Assembly: GCA_964016885.1 (NCBI GenBank)
Contig: OZ024741.1
Coordinates: forward strand, 392,646,001-392,710,000
Length of the DNA: 64,000 nucleotides
Direction: 5' to 3'
From: Eledone cirrhosa
Lineage: Eukaryota
Shown here: one piece after another, positions 1 through 12,554 of the stretch
How the letters are laid out: each line of letters starts with the position of its first letter
How positions within the stretch are numbered: position 1 is the first letter of the stretch
The notes under the pieces: model-generated
What the model was told of the DNA's origin: nothing
What the model saw: only the letters and a program-made list of their open reading frames with translations
The model's database searches: none
Program-made: the position numbers and the translations under genes

Positions 1-91
1 AAACCGTCGGTAACAGCAATGGAACAGGTGATTATTTGAATCGTTTTTTAATTTATTTAGAAAATTGTTTAATAACCGCTTGCTTCGCTAC

Positions 92-126
<35 letters not shown>

Positions 127-135
127 TATATATAT

Positions 136-182
<47 letters not shown>

Positions 183-205
183 TATATATATATAAATTAT
201 ATATA

Positions 206-684
<479 letters not shown>

Positions 685-704
685 TATATAAATATGTATA
701 TATA

Positions 705-1260
705 AATAAATGTAAGTATGTATACGTACATAGATATATGTATAGAGAGGTACAGTAGTATGTATATATATACATACTACTGTACGTCTGTATAGATATA
801 TGTATGTACATATACATACTTATATTTAAGTAACAGCTGTACTAAGAGCGAGAAATGAAATTTCGTTTAATTTTTTTCCATTTATCATTTTCGGTGCACG
901 TGGCCGATTAACTCACTCGATATGCAAATTAGGCTGCTCAGCCGTTAATATACATACGGAAAGTATATACTTTCAGACGTTCAATCATCTGGCAGGAAGG
1001 TATTCGGTGCTGACGATAGTTAATAAGCTTGAAACTAGTACATCGTTCCTTTGTCAGTGTTGAACAAAAGGGCAACGACGGTTGCTAGACACTACGGCTT
1101 AATTCGGGATTTTTGTTTACAAACAAACCGAGCATTATAATAAATGCTCGGTAAATCCATACGTACATATATATATGTGTGCATGTATGTATATAGATAC
1201 ATACTACTGTACGTCTGTATACATATATGATTGTACATATACATACTTATATTACTATAC
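705..1260 (+). mobile_element. ACTAGT-family HHR element, ~427-bp unit with terminal redundancy and short 5' fold-back
   Basis: TACTACTGTACGTCTGTATA occurs at ~775 and ~1202; local palindrome 705-828; homologous to 37130-37600. Confidence 0.75.
1005..1045 (+). ncRNA. Minimal type I hammerhead ribozyme (ACTAGT family)
   Basis: CGGTG-CTGACGA-TAGTTAATAAGCTT-GAAAC-TA-GTA-CATCG: stem I, core, stem II, palindromic stem III ACTAGT, GUA triplet. Confidence 0.8.
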
Positions 1261-1296
1261 ATATATATATATATACATATACATATATACATTTAT

Positions 1297-1644
1297 GGAA
1301 GCACATGGCTTAGTGGTTAGAGCATTGGCCTTGCAATCAAAAGGTTGTGAGTTCAATTCTCAGACCGGGTGATGTGTTGTTTCCTTGAGCAAGACACTTT
1401 ATTTCACATTGCTCCAGTTTACTCAGCTGTAGAAATGAGATGATAGGGACTGGGGTCCATATCATTCCACTACAAAGTGGTTGTGGAGGTGCCACGGCAA
1501 AAAAGCACCCAGCACTCACTGTAAATGAGGTTGGTGTTAGGAAGGGCATCCAGCTGTAGAAATCAAGCCAGAATCAGTTCCCGTCCCACCCTTGCAAGCA
1601 GGGAAAAAGCGGACTTAAAACGAAATGATGATGATGATGATGAT
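1297..1644 (+). mobile_element. tRNA-derived SINE (CORE-like body, RTE-derived 3' end)
   Basis: A box TGGCTTAGTGG, B box GAGTTCAATTC, CCTTGAGCAAGACACTT, (GAT)n tail. Confidence 0.88.
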
Positions 1645-1889
1645 ATATATATACATATATATATACATATATATATATACATATATATATATACATATAT
1701 ATATATACATATATATATATACATATATATATATACATATATATATATACATTTATTTATATACATATACATATATATATATACATATATATATACATAT
1801 ATATATGCATATATATATACATATATATATGCTTATATATATATATATACATATATATATGCATATATATATACATATATATATGCATA

Positions 1890-1921
<32 letters not shown>

Positions 1922-1947
1922 CATATATATACATATATATATGCATA

Positions 1948-1979
<32 letters not shown>

Positions 1980-1991
1980 CATATATATACA

Positions 1992-2025
<34 letters not shown>

Positions 2026-2037
2026 CATATATATACA

Positions 2038-2071
<34 letters not shown>

Positions 2072-2083
2072 CATATATATACA

Positions 2084-2123
<40 letters not shown>

Positions 2124-2136
2124 CATATATATATAC

Positions 2137-2169
<33 letters not shown>

Positions 2170-2178
2170 CATATATAT

Positions 2179-2209
<31 letters not shown>

Positions 2210-2210
2210 T
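1645..2210. repeat. (AT)n/(ATAC) compound microsatellite; similar tracts at 96-352, 592-700, 3222-3552, 6930-7210, 7521-7694, 39750-39908, 57790-57840, 63945-64000
   Basis: Direct inspection; the source of the YI/IY pseudo-ORFs. Confidence 0.97.
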
Positions 2211-2248
2211 GAAATATAAGAATCAAAGAACTGTTCAAAACATTATTG

Positions 2249-2295
2249 TGCTTACAGCTGTTTCCTCCAAACCGAGGTTTGGATTCTTCGGAGCA
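2249..2295 (-). ncRNA. Inverted copy of the 2971-3017 hammerhead
   Basis: Reverse complement within the left palindrome arm. Confidence 0.75.
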
Positions 2296-2970
2296 ATTTA
2301 TTAATGCATGGACAGTTATATGACCTCCTTTTCAACCGAGAGACATACCAATACATATTCAAACATTGATACATATTCAAACATTGTGGGTCAACATTCA
2401 TTACAGAATTTAGAGTGGCAGTACACACTTCGAGATTACATTTATATTAATAGGTACAATCAAAAATCAAAGATATAGGTTAAAGTACAACATGAAGATA
2501 AGTGGTTATATAGTGCAAATGTTATATGTGTGGCACGCATGTGCGTCTTGTTTATATAGTGTGGCAGAGAGATATGTGTGGTAGAGGCACTTAGGTAGGT
2601 AAATAAGAGTGTTAGGTTGGTAGATCTGGTGGCAAAGTCTTTATACCAACCTAACACTCTTATTTACCTACCTAAGTGCCTCTACCACACATATCTCTCT
2701 GCCACACTATATAAACAAGACGCACATGCGTGCCACACATATAACATTTGCACTATATAACCACTTATCTTCATGTTGTACTTTAACCTATATCTTTGAT
2801 TTTTGATTGTACCTATTAATATAAATGTAATCTCGAAGTGTGTACTGCCACTCTAAATTCTGTAATGAATGTTGACCCACAATGTTTGAATATGTATCAA
2901 TGTTTGAATATGTATTGGTATGTCTCTCGGCTGAAAAGGAGGTCATATAACTGTCCATGCATTAATAAAT

Positions 2971-3017
2971 TGCTCCGAAGAATCCAAACCTCGGTTTGGA
3001 GGAAACAGCTGTAAGCA
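2971..3017 (+). ncRNA. Type I hammerhead ribozyme, CCGAAGA core variant
   Basis: TGCT-CCGAAGA-A-TCCAAACC-TC-GGTTTGGA-G-GAAAC-AGCT-GTA-AGCA; stem III ACAGCTGT. Confidence 0.75.
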
Positions 3018-3221
3018 CAATAATGTTTTGAACAGTTCTTTGATTCTTATATTTCATATAACTGCTCTGTAAATCATCTGATGTTTTTACATTGAGCTAC
3101 TTAACTTACTGGTAATAAGGTAGTAATACATTACTGCCTACCACTATTCAGGGTGTGTGTAAAATACTTACAACTGCTTAAGGTTTTGTGTTTACATAAC
3201 CATAAATAGTATAACTAATAC

Positions 3222-3261
<40 letters not shown>

Positions 3262-3427
3262 CATATATATATATACATATATATATGTATATTTGCATAT
3301 ATATATATGTATATATATACATATATATATATACATATATATATACATATATACATATATATATACATATATATATATACATATATATATATATACATAT
3401 ATATATATATGTATATATATACATATG

Positions 3428-3475
<48 letters not shown>

Positions 3476-3522
3476 CATATATATATATATATACATGTAT
3501 ATATATACATGTATATATATAC

Positions 3523-3550
<28 letters not shown>

Positions 3551-3553
<3 letters not shown>

Positions 3554-6128
3554 ACTTTGAATAACTTTGAAATGTTTTGGCCAGTATTGGCCCAGGCCAT
3601 GTCTAACTTAATAGCACCACCTGGCAAAGTCTTTCAATTCAGGATTTGGGCACCATGGCCCATTCGAGAAGAGAATTACTGTTTGCGGAGACATATCCGG
3701 GTGTGGGTGGTTTGTCCGGGATTACTTGGAGGAATTTGTCCAAAGACTTCTTGAATTTTGTGTGGTCAGTTTCTGTTTTGACGTGTCCTGGTGTGATGTT
3801 GAAGAGAGCAGGGCCAATTGAGGTGAAATAATTGTGCCGTATTGTTGTTATGAGTTGCGATTTAGATTTTTGTTTGGGACGGATAGCACGGGGCCCAAGC
3901 CTTGGGTGTATTTTGAAGGTGATGCCAACCTCATTTGGGCAGTGATGATGAAACATTTTCCACATCATGCAGATAATATAACGCTCACGGCGACGTTGGA
4001 GTGAGTAAAGTTTCAGCTTTTCTAGTCGACCCCAGTAGTCAAGGTCTGACATGCCATCTATCTTTTTCGTGATTGCCCTTTGAGGAGCTTCAAGTTTCAT
4101 GATACTTTGTTTCGTGTGGGGAGACCACAGTGGACAACAGTATTCAAGGTGTGGTCGGGCAAAAGTAGAGAAGAGAAGGATAATGGTGTGGGAATCTCTC
4201 GACTGGAAGGTTCTGAGGATCCAGGAACACATTCTGCGGGCCATGTCAACTTTGCTGCTTATATGCGTGGCCCAGTTTATGTTGCTGTCCATGGTTACTC
4301 CCAAGTCTCTGATGTTGTTAGATGCCATGAGAGTTTCACCGGGGGGAAGGGAGTACGGGTTTTTCAGAGCATCCTCTTCGAATTTGTCTTCGTTCAGTAA
4401 CATGTTGTTCTTTTCCGCCCATTGGGTAACAGCCAGTAGGTCTGACTGAAGGCTTATCCGGTCATCCATGCCATTGATGACCTTTTGGAGCTTGAAATCA
4501 TCAGCGAAAATTTTAATGTTGCTGTGTTTGATGATGTCAGTGATGTCATTAATATAGATGATGAAGAGAAGTGGGCCCAACACAGTGCCTTGTGGGACCC
4601 CACTACTGACTTTGGCTGGGCTGGATTTGACTCCTTCAACTACAATATGTTGGGTTCTGTTTGACAGGAAGCTCTTGATCCACTGCAGCAGCTTTCCAGT
4701 GACACCAATATTGGACAGTTTTCTCAGTAGAATGTTGTGATCAACCCTGTCAAAGGCCTTGCTGAAATCAAGGTAGATAACATCAGTGTTGGAACCCTCT
4801 CCCAAGGCTCTCAAAATGTCATCAAAGTGATGCAGTAGCTGTGTCAGGCAATCTCTTCCATTACGGAATCCATGCTGGTTGGAGTTCAGCATATTGTTAC
4901 TCTCAAGGAAGTGGGTCATTCGCGATCTCACCACTCTCTCAAATACCTTAATGATATGAGAGGTGAGTGAGATTGGACGGTAATTCACGGCAAGGGATTT
5001 GTTTCCTTTTTTGAAAACTGGGACAACAGACTGGGATAGAAGGTTTTCTGGCACATATCCAGCATCCAGTGAGTTCCGCCACAGATTGGCAAGAGGAGAT
5101 GCAAGTTGGTGTTGACACGCCTTCAAGACACAAGCAGGAAACCTATCGGGACCTACTGCTGAATTATGCTTGATTTCCTTTATTGCCGCTAAGACATCAG
5201 GGGCGCCAAACGTTATGTCCGATAAGGTGTAATGGGGAGTAACATCGCCAATACAGCCCAGATCGATCATATCAGGATTGCTGAAAACAGAGCAGTATTG
5301 TTTCTGCAGTATCTCAGCCATGGTTTTAGCATTGTCTTGAAGAGTGCCATTTTCATCAATTAGAGGGCCAACAGTAGAGCCAGTGATTTTGTGTTTTTTT
5401 GCAAATGAAAAGAACACTTTGGGATTGAGTTTGATCTTCTCAATGGCCCAGGCCTCTTCAGCTCTTCTCTGATTGTTGATGATAGACATCATGTTGTTTT
5501 GGAGGTTATGTTTTTTAATCTCTAGTGATGAAATGGCAGTCAAGTTGATGTGTTGTTGCTGACAGTATTTCAGCTTGTTGATTTTTTTGTTCGTTCTCTT
5601 AATTTTCCTGATGAGCGTTTTTCTATTTCTAGGGATTCTGCTCTTAGATTTGTTTATAGTTCTTAATGGGGTGTGTTTTGCACATATGTTTGTAACAGTG
5701 TCCACAAATGTCTGCCAGGACTTTTTGATGTTAGTGGGTGTATGAGTGTGCGTGAAGGACCAGTCGACATGTGCAAGATCATGACTGATCGCTTCCCAGT
5801 TTGCATTGTGGAAATCCATAGCGTCAAATGGATGGACAGGAGAGATGACATTGGGTTTGTATATTGGACGGTGGAATCTCAGATTACAGAGAACCATGTC
5901 ATGATCAGAGAGTAGAGTTTTCTCCACTGCAATATTGTGGATATTGTCAGTGTGATTGCTGAAAATTAAGTCTAGGACGTTTTTGTGGCACCTCGTTGGT
6001 TCGAGCACCAGTTGGGACAGGAAGAAATCATCCATGAAGTCAAGAAACGATTCCACTGCTTCCCTGTCAGAGGTTGAGGCAGAAGAACCTGGTGGTAGGC
6101 TGTTTGTGGACCAGTCAACTCCGTCGGA
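3551..6128 (-). mobile_element. CR1/L2-group LINE, 3' part with 830-aa RT ORF (3639-6131)
   Basis: NYRPISLTS, QHGFR, YLDFSKAFD, SGVPQGTVLGP, FADD; 3' tail (TCAAAGTTAT)2. Confidence 0.92.
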
Positions 6129-6129
6129 C

Positions 6130-6930
6130 AAATGAAAATAAAATTAAAAATAAAAGCAAAAACAAAAACCATAACCTACATAAAAATAACCACTACCACA
6201 GTCTCCTAAACAGGAAACTTCTTCCTCTTTTTTAGCCATAATGAATCTGGCAAAAGAACTGGAAAAAAACATTCGAGCTATCACCCAGCACCACCCTCCA
6301 CTATCACCCCACTGCACAAACTCCCATTGCTGCCATTAACAAACAAACAAATTAACAACACACCAAAACAATTAAAACCATCCACTCTCGCCTCAACATT
6401 TTTGCTTAACGCCCAAGGCATCAGCCCTTCCACCAATAATCAAAAATGGAAAATCAAATTCCTGGAGGACTGGGTTGATGTCCATCCAAACCACATCCCT
6501 TTCTTTGTCCTCACTGAAACCCATCTCAGTAACCTCCACTTGGAAGCCGAGGTGAAAGTGAAAAATTTCAAAGCCATCCGTGCTGATCGCGCTGGCAGAA
6601 GAAAGGGTGGGACTGCCATTTATGTCCATAATTCTTTCTCAACAGAGGCTATGAACATATTCACTAATGGATACTGCAAAGCAGTCACTGTATTCAGTCA
6701 AACCAACAACCTAATAGTAGTTGGGCTCTATAGGCCACCCCAAACGCCTGTACCATGCTTCAAGGAATGCCTCAACAGCATAAAGTGTTTCATCCAAGAG
6801 TGTCACCCTGACAACATCTTAATGATGGGGGGACTTCAACCTCCCCGGAGTTGACTGGTCCACAAACAGCTTGCCACCAGGTTCTTCTGCCTCAACCTCT
6901 GACAGGGAAGCAGTGGAATCGCTTCTTGAT
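6130..6930 (+). mobile_element. Inverted 5' part of the same LINE (APE endonuclease)
   Basis: LLNAQG, LTETHL, RADR..KGGTAIYV, GLYRPP, then [24 protein letters not shown] duplicated from the minus ORF start. Confidence 0.9.
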
Positions 6931-6960
6931 ATACATGTATATATACATGTATATATATAC

Positions 6961-6992
<32 letters not shown>

Positions 6993-6996
6993 TTAC

Positions 6997-7028
<32 letters not shown>

Positions 7029-7032
7029 TTAC

Positions 7033-7064
<32 letters not shown>

Positions 7065-7103
7065 TTACATATATATATATATACATATATATATATTTAC
7101 ATA

Positions 7104-7136
<33 letters not shown>

Positions 7137-7210
7137 TTACATATATATATATACATATATATATATACATATATATACATATATATATATATACATATAT
7201 ATACATATAT

Positions 7211-7518
7211 GGAGGCACATGGCTTAGTGGTTAGAGCATTGGCCTTGCAATCGAAAGTTTGTGAGTTCAATTCTCAACCGGGTGATGTGTTGTTTCCTTG
7301 AGCAAGACACTTTATTTCACATTACTCCAGTTTACTCAGCTGTAGAAATGAGATGATAGTGGTCGTGTAGGTGCCACCGCAAGAAAGCACCCAGCACTCA
7401 CTGTAAATGAGGTTGATGTTAGGAAGGGCATCCAGCTGTAGAAATCAAGCCAGAATCAGTTCCCGTCCCACCCTTGCAAGCAGGGAAAAAGCAGACGTAA
7501 AATGAAATGATGATGATG

Positions 7519-7519
<1 letters not shown>
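7211..7519 (+). mobile_element. SINE, same family as 1297
   Basis: Colinear homology with an internal deletion. Confidence 0.88.
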
Positions 7520-7560
<41 letters not shown>

Positions 7561-7561
7561 T

Positions 7562-7604
<43 letters not shown>

Positions 7605-7608
7605 CTAC

Positions 7609-7640
<32 letters not shown>

Positions 7641-7694
7641 ATATATATCTACATTATATATATATATATTTATATATATATATATATATATATA

Positions 7695-8085
7695 TCATCA
7701 TCATCATCATCATCATCTTCGTTTAACGTCCATATTCCACGCTCGCATGGGTTTGGATGAGAGTTTTCCTACTTGAGGCAAGAGTGGTTGTCTTGCTCGA
7801 CTGTCTGCCGGTTTTTCTACGGCTGGATGCCCTTCCTAACACCAACCACATTTACAGTGTGGAACTGGGAGGTTTTTACCGTGTTACCTACACGGCCACA
7901 TTACAGCGTGGACTGTGTGTTTTTTTGTCGTGACACTTACACGACCTCATTTGTTTCGGGCTGGATGTTGTGCTACCAACATAACTTTACATTGAAAGGG
8001 GTGGTGTAGATGGGGTGACGGTAGTGGGACGGGGGTGTATTTTGTTAGAGGTGCCTACTGACTGTAGTAGGTTTCACTTTGCACT

Positions 8086-8092
<7 letters not shown>
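7695..8092 (-). mobile_element. RTE 3' UTR fragment
   Basis: Homologous to 30118-30505. Confidence 0.8.
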
Positions 8093-8116
<24 letters not shown>

Positions 8117-8328
8117 ATATAAGTATAAGAAGGATAAGTTGTGGTGTGCAGGAGAGAAGGCTGAGATGGTATGAACATGTGATGCGCACATATATATATA
8201 TACGTCTATTATGGTTGTTAGGACGTGTCCATAGGCGGTATGCCAGTTGAGCACTCTACACTGCTTCGGAGCAGAGTATGATAATATGGAAAACAAAGAA
8301 TGAGTGATGCATCAGAACAATATATTAC

Positions 8329-8417
8329 GTATTACAATTGTTTCTGCGGTGAACAGCTCGAGGTGCGATCTGTTTGTGGATCAAACCTGACTCTGGATTC
8401 ACAAGTTCCTCAGATAC
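8329..8417 (-). ncRNA. Inverted copy of the 12241-12329 hammerhead
   Basis: Reverse complement of 12241-12329. Confidence 0.75.
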
Positions 8418-9907
8418 CTCTAGTGATTTCAAAGCAAATTCTCTTTCTGCTGGACTCCGACCCTTCGAATGTTTATCATCTGCCATCATCCTGTTTGATT
8501 GGTTGATAGTTCGCGACGTCATCAAGTGCTTGACCATTGAAATCTGCCCGCTGTCATCTCTATTCAGGCGTCGCTATAATTACTGCTGTGTGTAGGATAG
8601 TTGTTATGAATTCCCATGCCCTTCCCTTGCTTGCCTGCCTCCCCATACATAAACACCCACACACATGTGTTCATTCCGAGCCATTAATCATACACTTATC
8701 TGTGTGGACCTACACACACACACATATATATATATATAAATGTATATATATACACACATATATATGCTCATCCATACATACCTACACGCGCTTACATATG
8801 CATTCATTCAAGCCTACTCTTAAACACACACATATATATATATACACACATATACATACATATATATATACATGTGTGTATATATACACATATATATATA
8901 TATGTGTGCATGCATGCACATGCACACACACACATATACATGTGTACTTATACATACACACACACATACATACACACACACACACATATGCACTCACACC
9001 CAGAGAGACGCACACACGTACACATATATCTGAAAATAAACTGTACAAAAGTATTTGGAAAGTGCATATAAACATGCACATGATGCTGTACATTATTTAG
9101 TGCACATCAAAATATTACATGAGGAAATACGTGAAAAATACAAAAATAGCATATATGGGGGAAAGGTCAGTGAACACATGCAGCATCTCACATAACGGTA
9201 TATACGTATATGCAGACACACTTTGATACACATGTTGACAGAGTTGGTATTATGCTGCTAACGAAATTACATATGGGAAGCTCGCAGGAATAATGTAAAG
9301 GATATACCCAAAACATATATAAAAAATATATAAAGAATATATAAAAAATATATAAAAATATATAAGAAATATATAAAAAAATACACATTGGGTTGTACAT
9401 GAAAAAATACATAAAGTGTTACATAATGGAATACGTAGAGAAAATACACACACTACTTAAAAAATACATATGTAGGGAGTGGGTATACCCTTTACATTAT
9501 TCCTGCGAGCTTCCCATATGTAATTTCGTTAGCAGCATAATACCAACTCTGTCAACATGTGTATCAAAGTGTGTCTGCATATACGTGTATACCGTTATGT
9601 GAGATGCTGCATGTGTTCATTGACGTACCCCCCATATATGCTTTTTTTGTATTTTTCACGTATTTCCCCGCGTAATATTTCGATGTGCACTAAATAATGT
9701 ACAGCATCATGTGCATGCTTATATGCACTTTCCAAACATTTTTGTACAGTTTATTTTCATATATGTGTGTATGTGTTTGTGTGCATGTCTGTCTGTGTGT
9801 GAGTGCATATATGGTTGTGTGTGTGTATATATGTATGTGTGTGGGTGTATGTATAAGTACATACACATATATGTGTGTGTGTGCATGTGCATTCATGCAC
9901 ACACATA

Positions 9908-11551
9908 CATCATCATCATCATCATCACCGTTTTACGTCCGTTCTTCCACGCTAGCATGGGTTAGACGGGTTGTCCTGTTGTGGGCAGTGTCTGGTCGGC
10001 TGACCATGCCTTGCTCATACAGGAACTGATCTGGCTTGATTTCTACAGCTGGATGCCCTTCCTAACACCAACCTCATTTACAGTGAGTGCTGGGTGCTTT
10101 TTCGTGGCGCCTACACGTCCACTTTACAGTGTGGGCTGGGTGCTTTTTTGCCGTGGCACCTCCACGACCACCTTGTGGTGGGGGGGGGGGGGGCATATTG
10201 TTTATATGCTTCAGCATGTACCCATGGGAGGTCGGGTACCCTGTATTACTGCGTGACGCCAGAAGTCACGGTCGTGTGTCATTGACTTTGAGAGGTGTAG
10301 TTGGGTAAGGTCGGCTTTTATCACCTCATCCCAAGTCATCTTGGGTCTCCCCACTCCGCGGTTTCCATCAACTTCTAGTGCTCTGCACCTTTTTATGCAG
10401 CTGTCATCCTTCATACGCATCACATGTCCATACCAGCGTAACCGCCTCTCCTGCACGCAGCATTTGATTCCTCTTATGCTCAGTCTCTCTCTCAATTCAT
10501 TTATGCTTTGTCGTTCACGTATATTACTGTTACACATCCATCGGAGCATGCAGGCTTCGTTTCTCTCTAATCTACGTAAGTCTTCCACCTTCAGCGCCCA
10601 GGTCTCACTACCATGCAACATCGCTGTTCGGATACACGCATCATACAGTCTGCCTTTCATTCTGAGGGAGAAGCCTTTTGCAGCTAGCAGTGGTAGTAGT
10701 TCCCTAAACTTCTTCCATCCCGTTCTTACCCTAGTTATTGTACTTTCTGAGCACCCACCTCCGTTGCTAATTCGGTCACCTAGGTAGCAGAAGCTGTCTA
10801 CTGTTTCTACAGGGCCCTCCCAGAGATTGGTGGTACTTGTTTCCTGTGGCTGTTTGCTTGCTGTTTCAGCACAGCTGCTGCATGTGAATCCTACATTCTT
10901 AATTAAGCTTCCTGAGATCCCGCTACATCTCTTGTGTACCCATTGTTTGCATTTGGGGCAAAGAATGGAGTTCCTACCTACACCTTTCCTACATACTGAG
11001 CAAGGCCATTTCCCTGAGGGGATCTGGGTTCTGTTTTCTCGTCTACTTATAAGGACCTTAGTCTTTGTCATGTTGACTTTGAGGCCCTTTCTCTCTAGTC
11101 CCTGCTTCCAGGTTTGGAATTTATTCTCTAGTTCTACCATAGATTCAGCTATGAGTGCGAGGTCATCAGCATACAGGAGTTCCCATGGGCATCCGGTCTT
11201 AAACTCCTCCGTTATTGCCTGCAGGACTATGATGAACAGGAGAGGGCTAAGAACAGAGCCCTGGTGGACCCCAACCTGTACGCTAAATTCCTCGCTATAC
11301 TCATTGCCAATCCTAACTTTGCTGACTGCTCCCCTATACATGGCTTGTACCGCTTTCACAAGCCATTCATCTACTCCTAGTTTTCTAAGAGCCCACCAGA
11401 TTACTGCACGTGGAACTCTGTCAAAGGCTTTCTCAAGGTCGACAAATGCCAAGTAGAGTGGCTTACTTTTAGCTAGGTACTTTTCCTGTAATTGCCTCAC
11501 AAGGAAGAGCGCATCAGTGGTGCCTTTCCCTGGAACAAACCCAAATTGCAT
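9908..11551 (-). mobile_element. RTE-clade LINE, 5'-truncated, open 446-aa RT + PHD-like finger, (GAT)n tail
   Basis: QFGF, AFVDLEKAFDRVP, HQGSVLSP, YADD, RRLRWYGHV. Confidence 0.92.
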
Positions 11552-12240
11552 ATATGTATGTATGTATATGTGTGTATATATAAACCCAAATTACATATAT
11601 GTATGTATGTATATGTGTGTATATATATATGTGTGTGTGTGTGTGTAAGAGTAGGCTTGAATGAATGCATATGTAAGCGCATGTGGGTATGTATGGATGA
11701 GCATATATATGTGTGTATATATGTACACGTGTGTAAAAATATATGTGTGTGTATATATATATATATATATGTGTGTGACTGTGTATGAATAGATATATGT
11801 GTATACGTGGGCACCTTATGTGTACGTGTGGGCGTGTGTCTGCGTATAAATGTACCTATATATGAGAGGTGAAAATATATATATACATGTGTGTATGTAC
11901 ATGTGTGTGTGCGCATGTGTGTGTGCATACGTCCACATAGATAAGTGTACGATTAATGGCTCTGAATGCCTCTATATAGGTGTCCACACATGTGTGTGTG
12001 GGTGTTTATGTATGGGGAGGCAGGCAAGCAAGGGAAGGGCATGGGAATTCATAACAACTATCCTACACACAGCAGTAATTATAGCGACGCCTGAATAGAG
12101 ATGACAGCGGGCAGATTTCAATGGTCAAGCACTTGATGACGTCGCGAACTATCAACCAATCAAACAGGATGATGGCAGATGATAAACATTCGAAGGGTCG
12201 GAGTCCAGCAGAAAGAGAATTTGCTTTGAAATCACTAGAG

Positions 12241-12329
12241 GTATCTGAGGAACTTGTGAATCCAGAGTCAGGTTTGATCCACAAACAGATCGCACCTCGA
12301 GCTGTTCACCGCAGAAACAATTGTAATAC
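12241..12329 (+). ncRNA. Type I hammerhead ribozyme with ~62-nt stem II
   Basis: GTAT-CTGAGGA-[hairpin GTGAA/TTCAC, CAG/CTG, AGGT/ACCT, GATC/GATC]-GAAAC-AATT-GTA-ATAC; stem III ACAATTGT. Confidence 0.75.
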
Positions 12330-12368
12330 GTAATATATTGTTCTGATGCATCACTCATTCTTTGTTTT

Positions 12369-12421
<53 letters not shown>

Positions 12422-12554
12422 TACATTCATACATACATACATATATATATATATACATATACACATGGTGGCTGCCAACTCGTTTTCGAGTACGGCCACT
12501 ACTTTATAACCATGTAGGAGAACCCCTACCGATTCGCTGAACAAGTGTGACTTT

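Larger units (their letters stand above)
2206..3222 (+). mobile_element. Fold-back HHR element: 417-bp arms (2206-2622/2644-3060), 21-nt spacer, ~160-nt unique tail
   Basis: Near-perfect inverted repeat (one mismatch seen), HHR in each arm, (AT)n flanks. Confidence 0.85.
8200..12374 (-). mobile_element. Large fold-back HHR element (arms ~8284-9310 and 9481-12374), right arm interrupted by an RTE LINE
   Basis: 8284-8710 is the reverse complement of ~11930-12374; ~9020-9310 is the reverse complement of ~9481-9790; unique tail ~8200-8283. Confidence 0.75.

Noticed and set aside
1297-1372. tRNA gene
   Set aside because: tRNA-like head of a multi-copy SINE; no complete cloverleaf or acceptor stem.
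2206-3060. Palindromes as amplification or assembly chimeras
   Set aside because: Not excluded for the near-perfect ones, but arm mismatches, a LINE in one arm of the 8200-12374 element and the recurrent HHR/tail architecture favour real structures.
8300-12358. Identical 68/70/73-aa ORFs on opposite strands
   Set aside because: By-products of the inverted repeat; non-ATG or weak starts and no recognisable domain.
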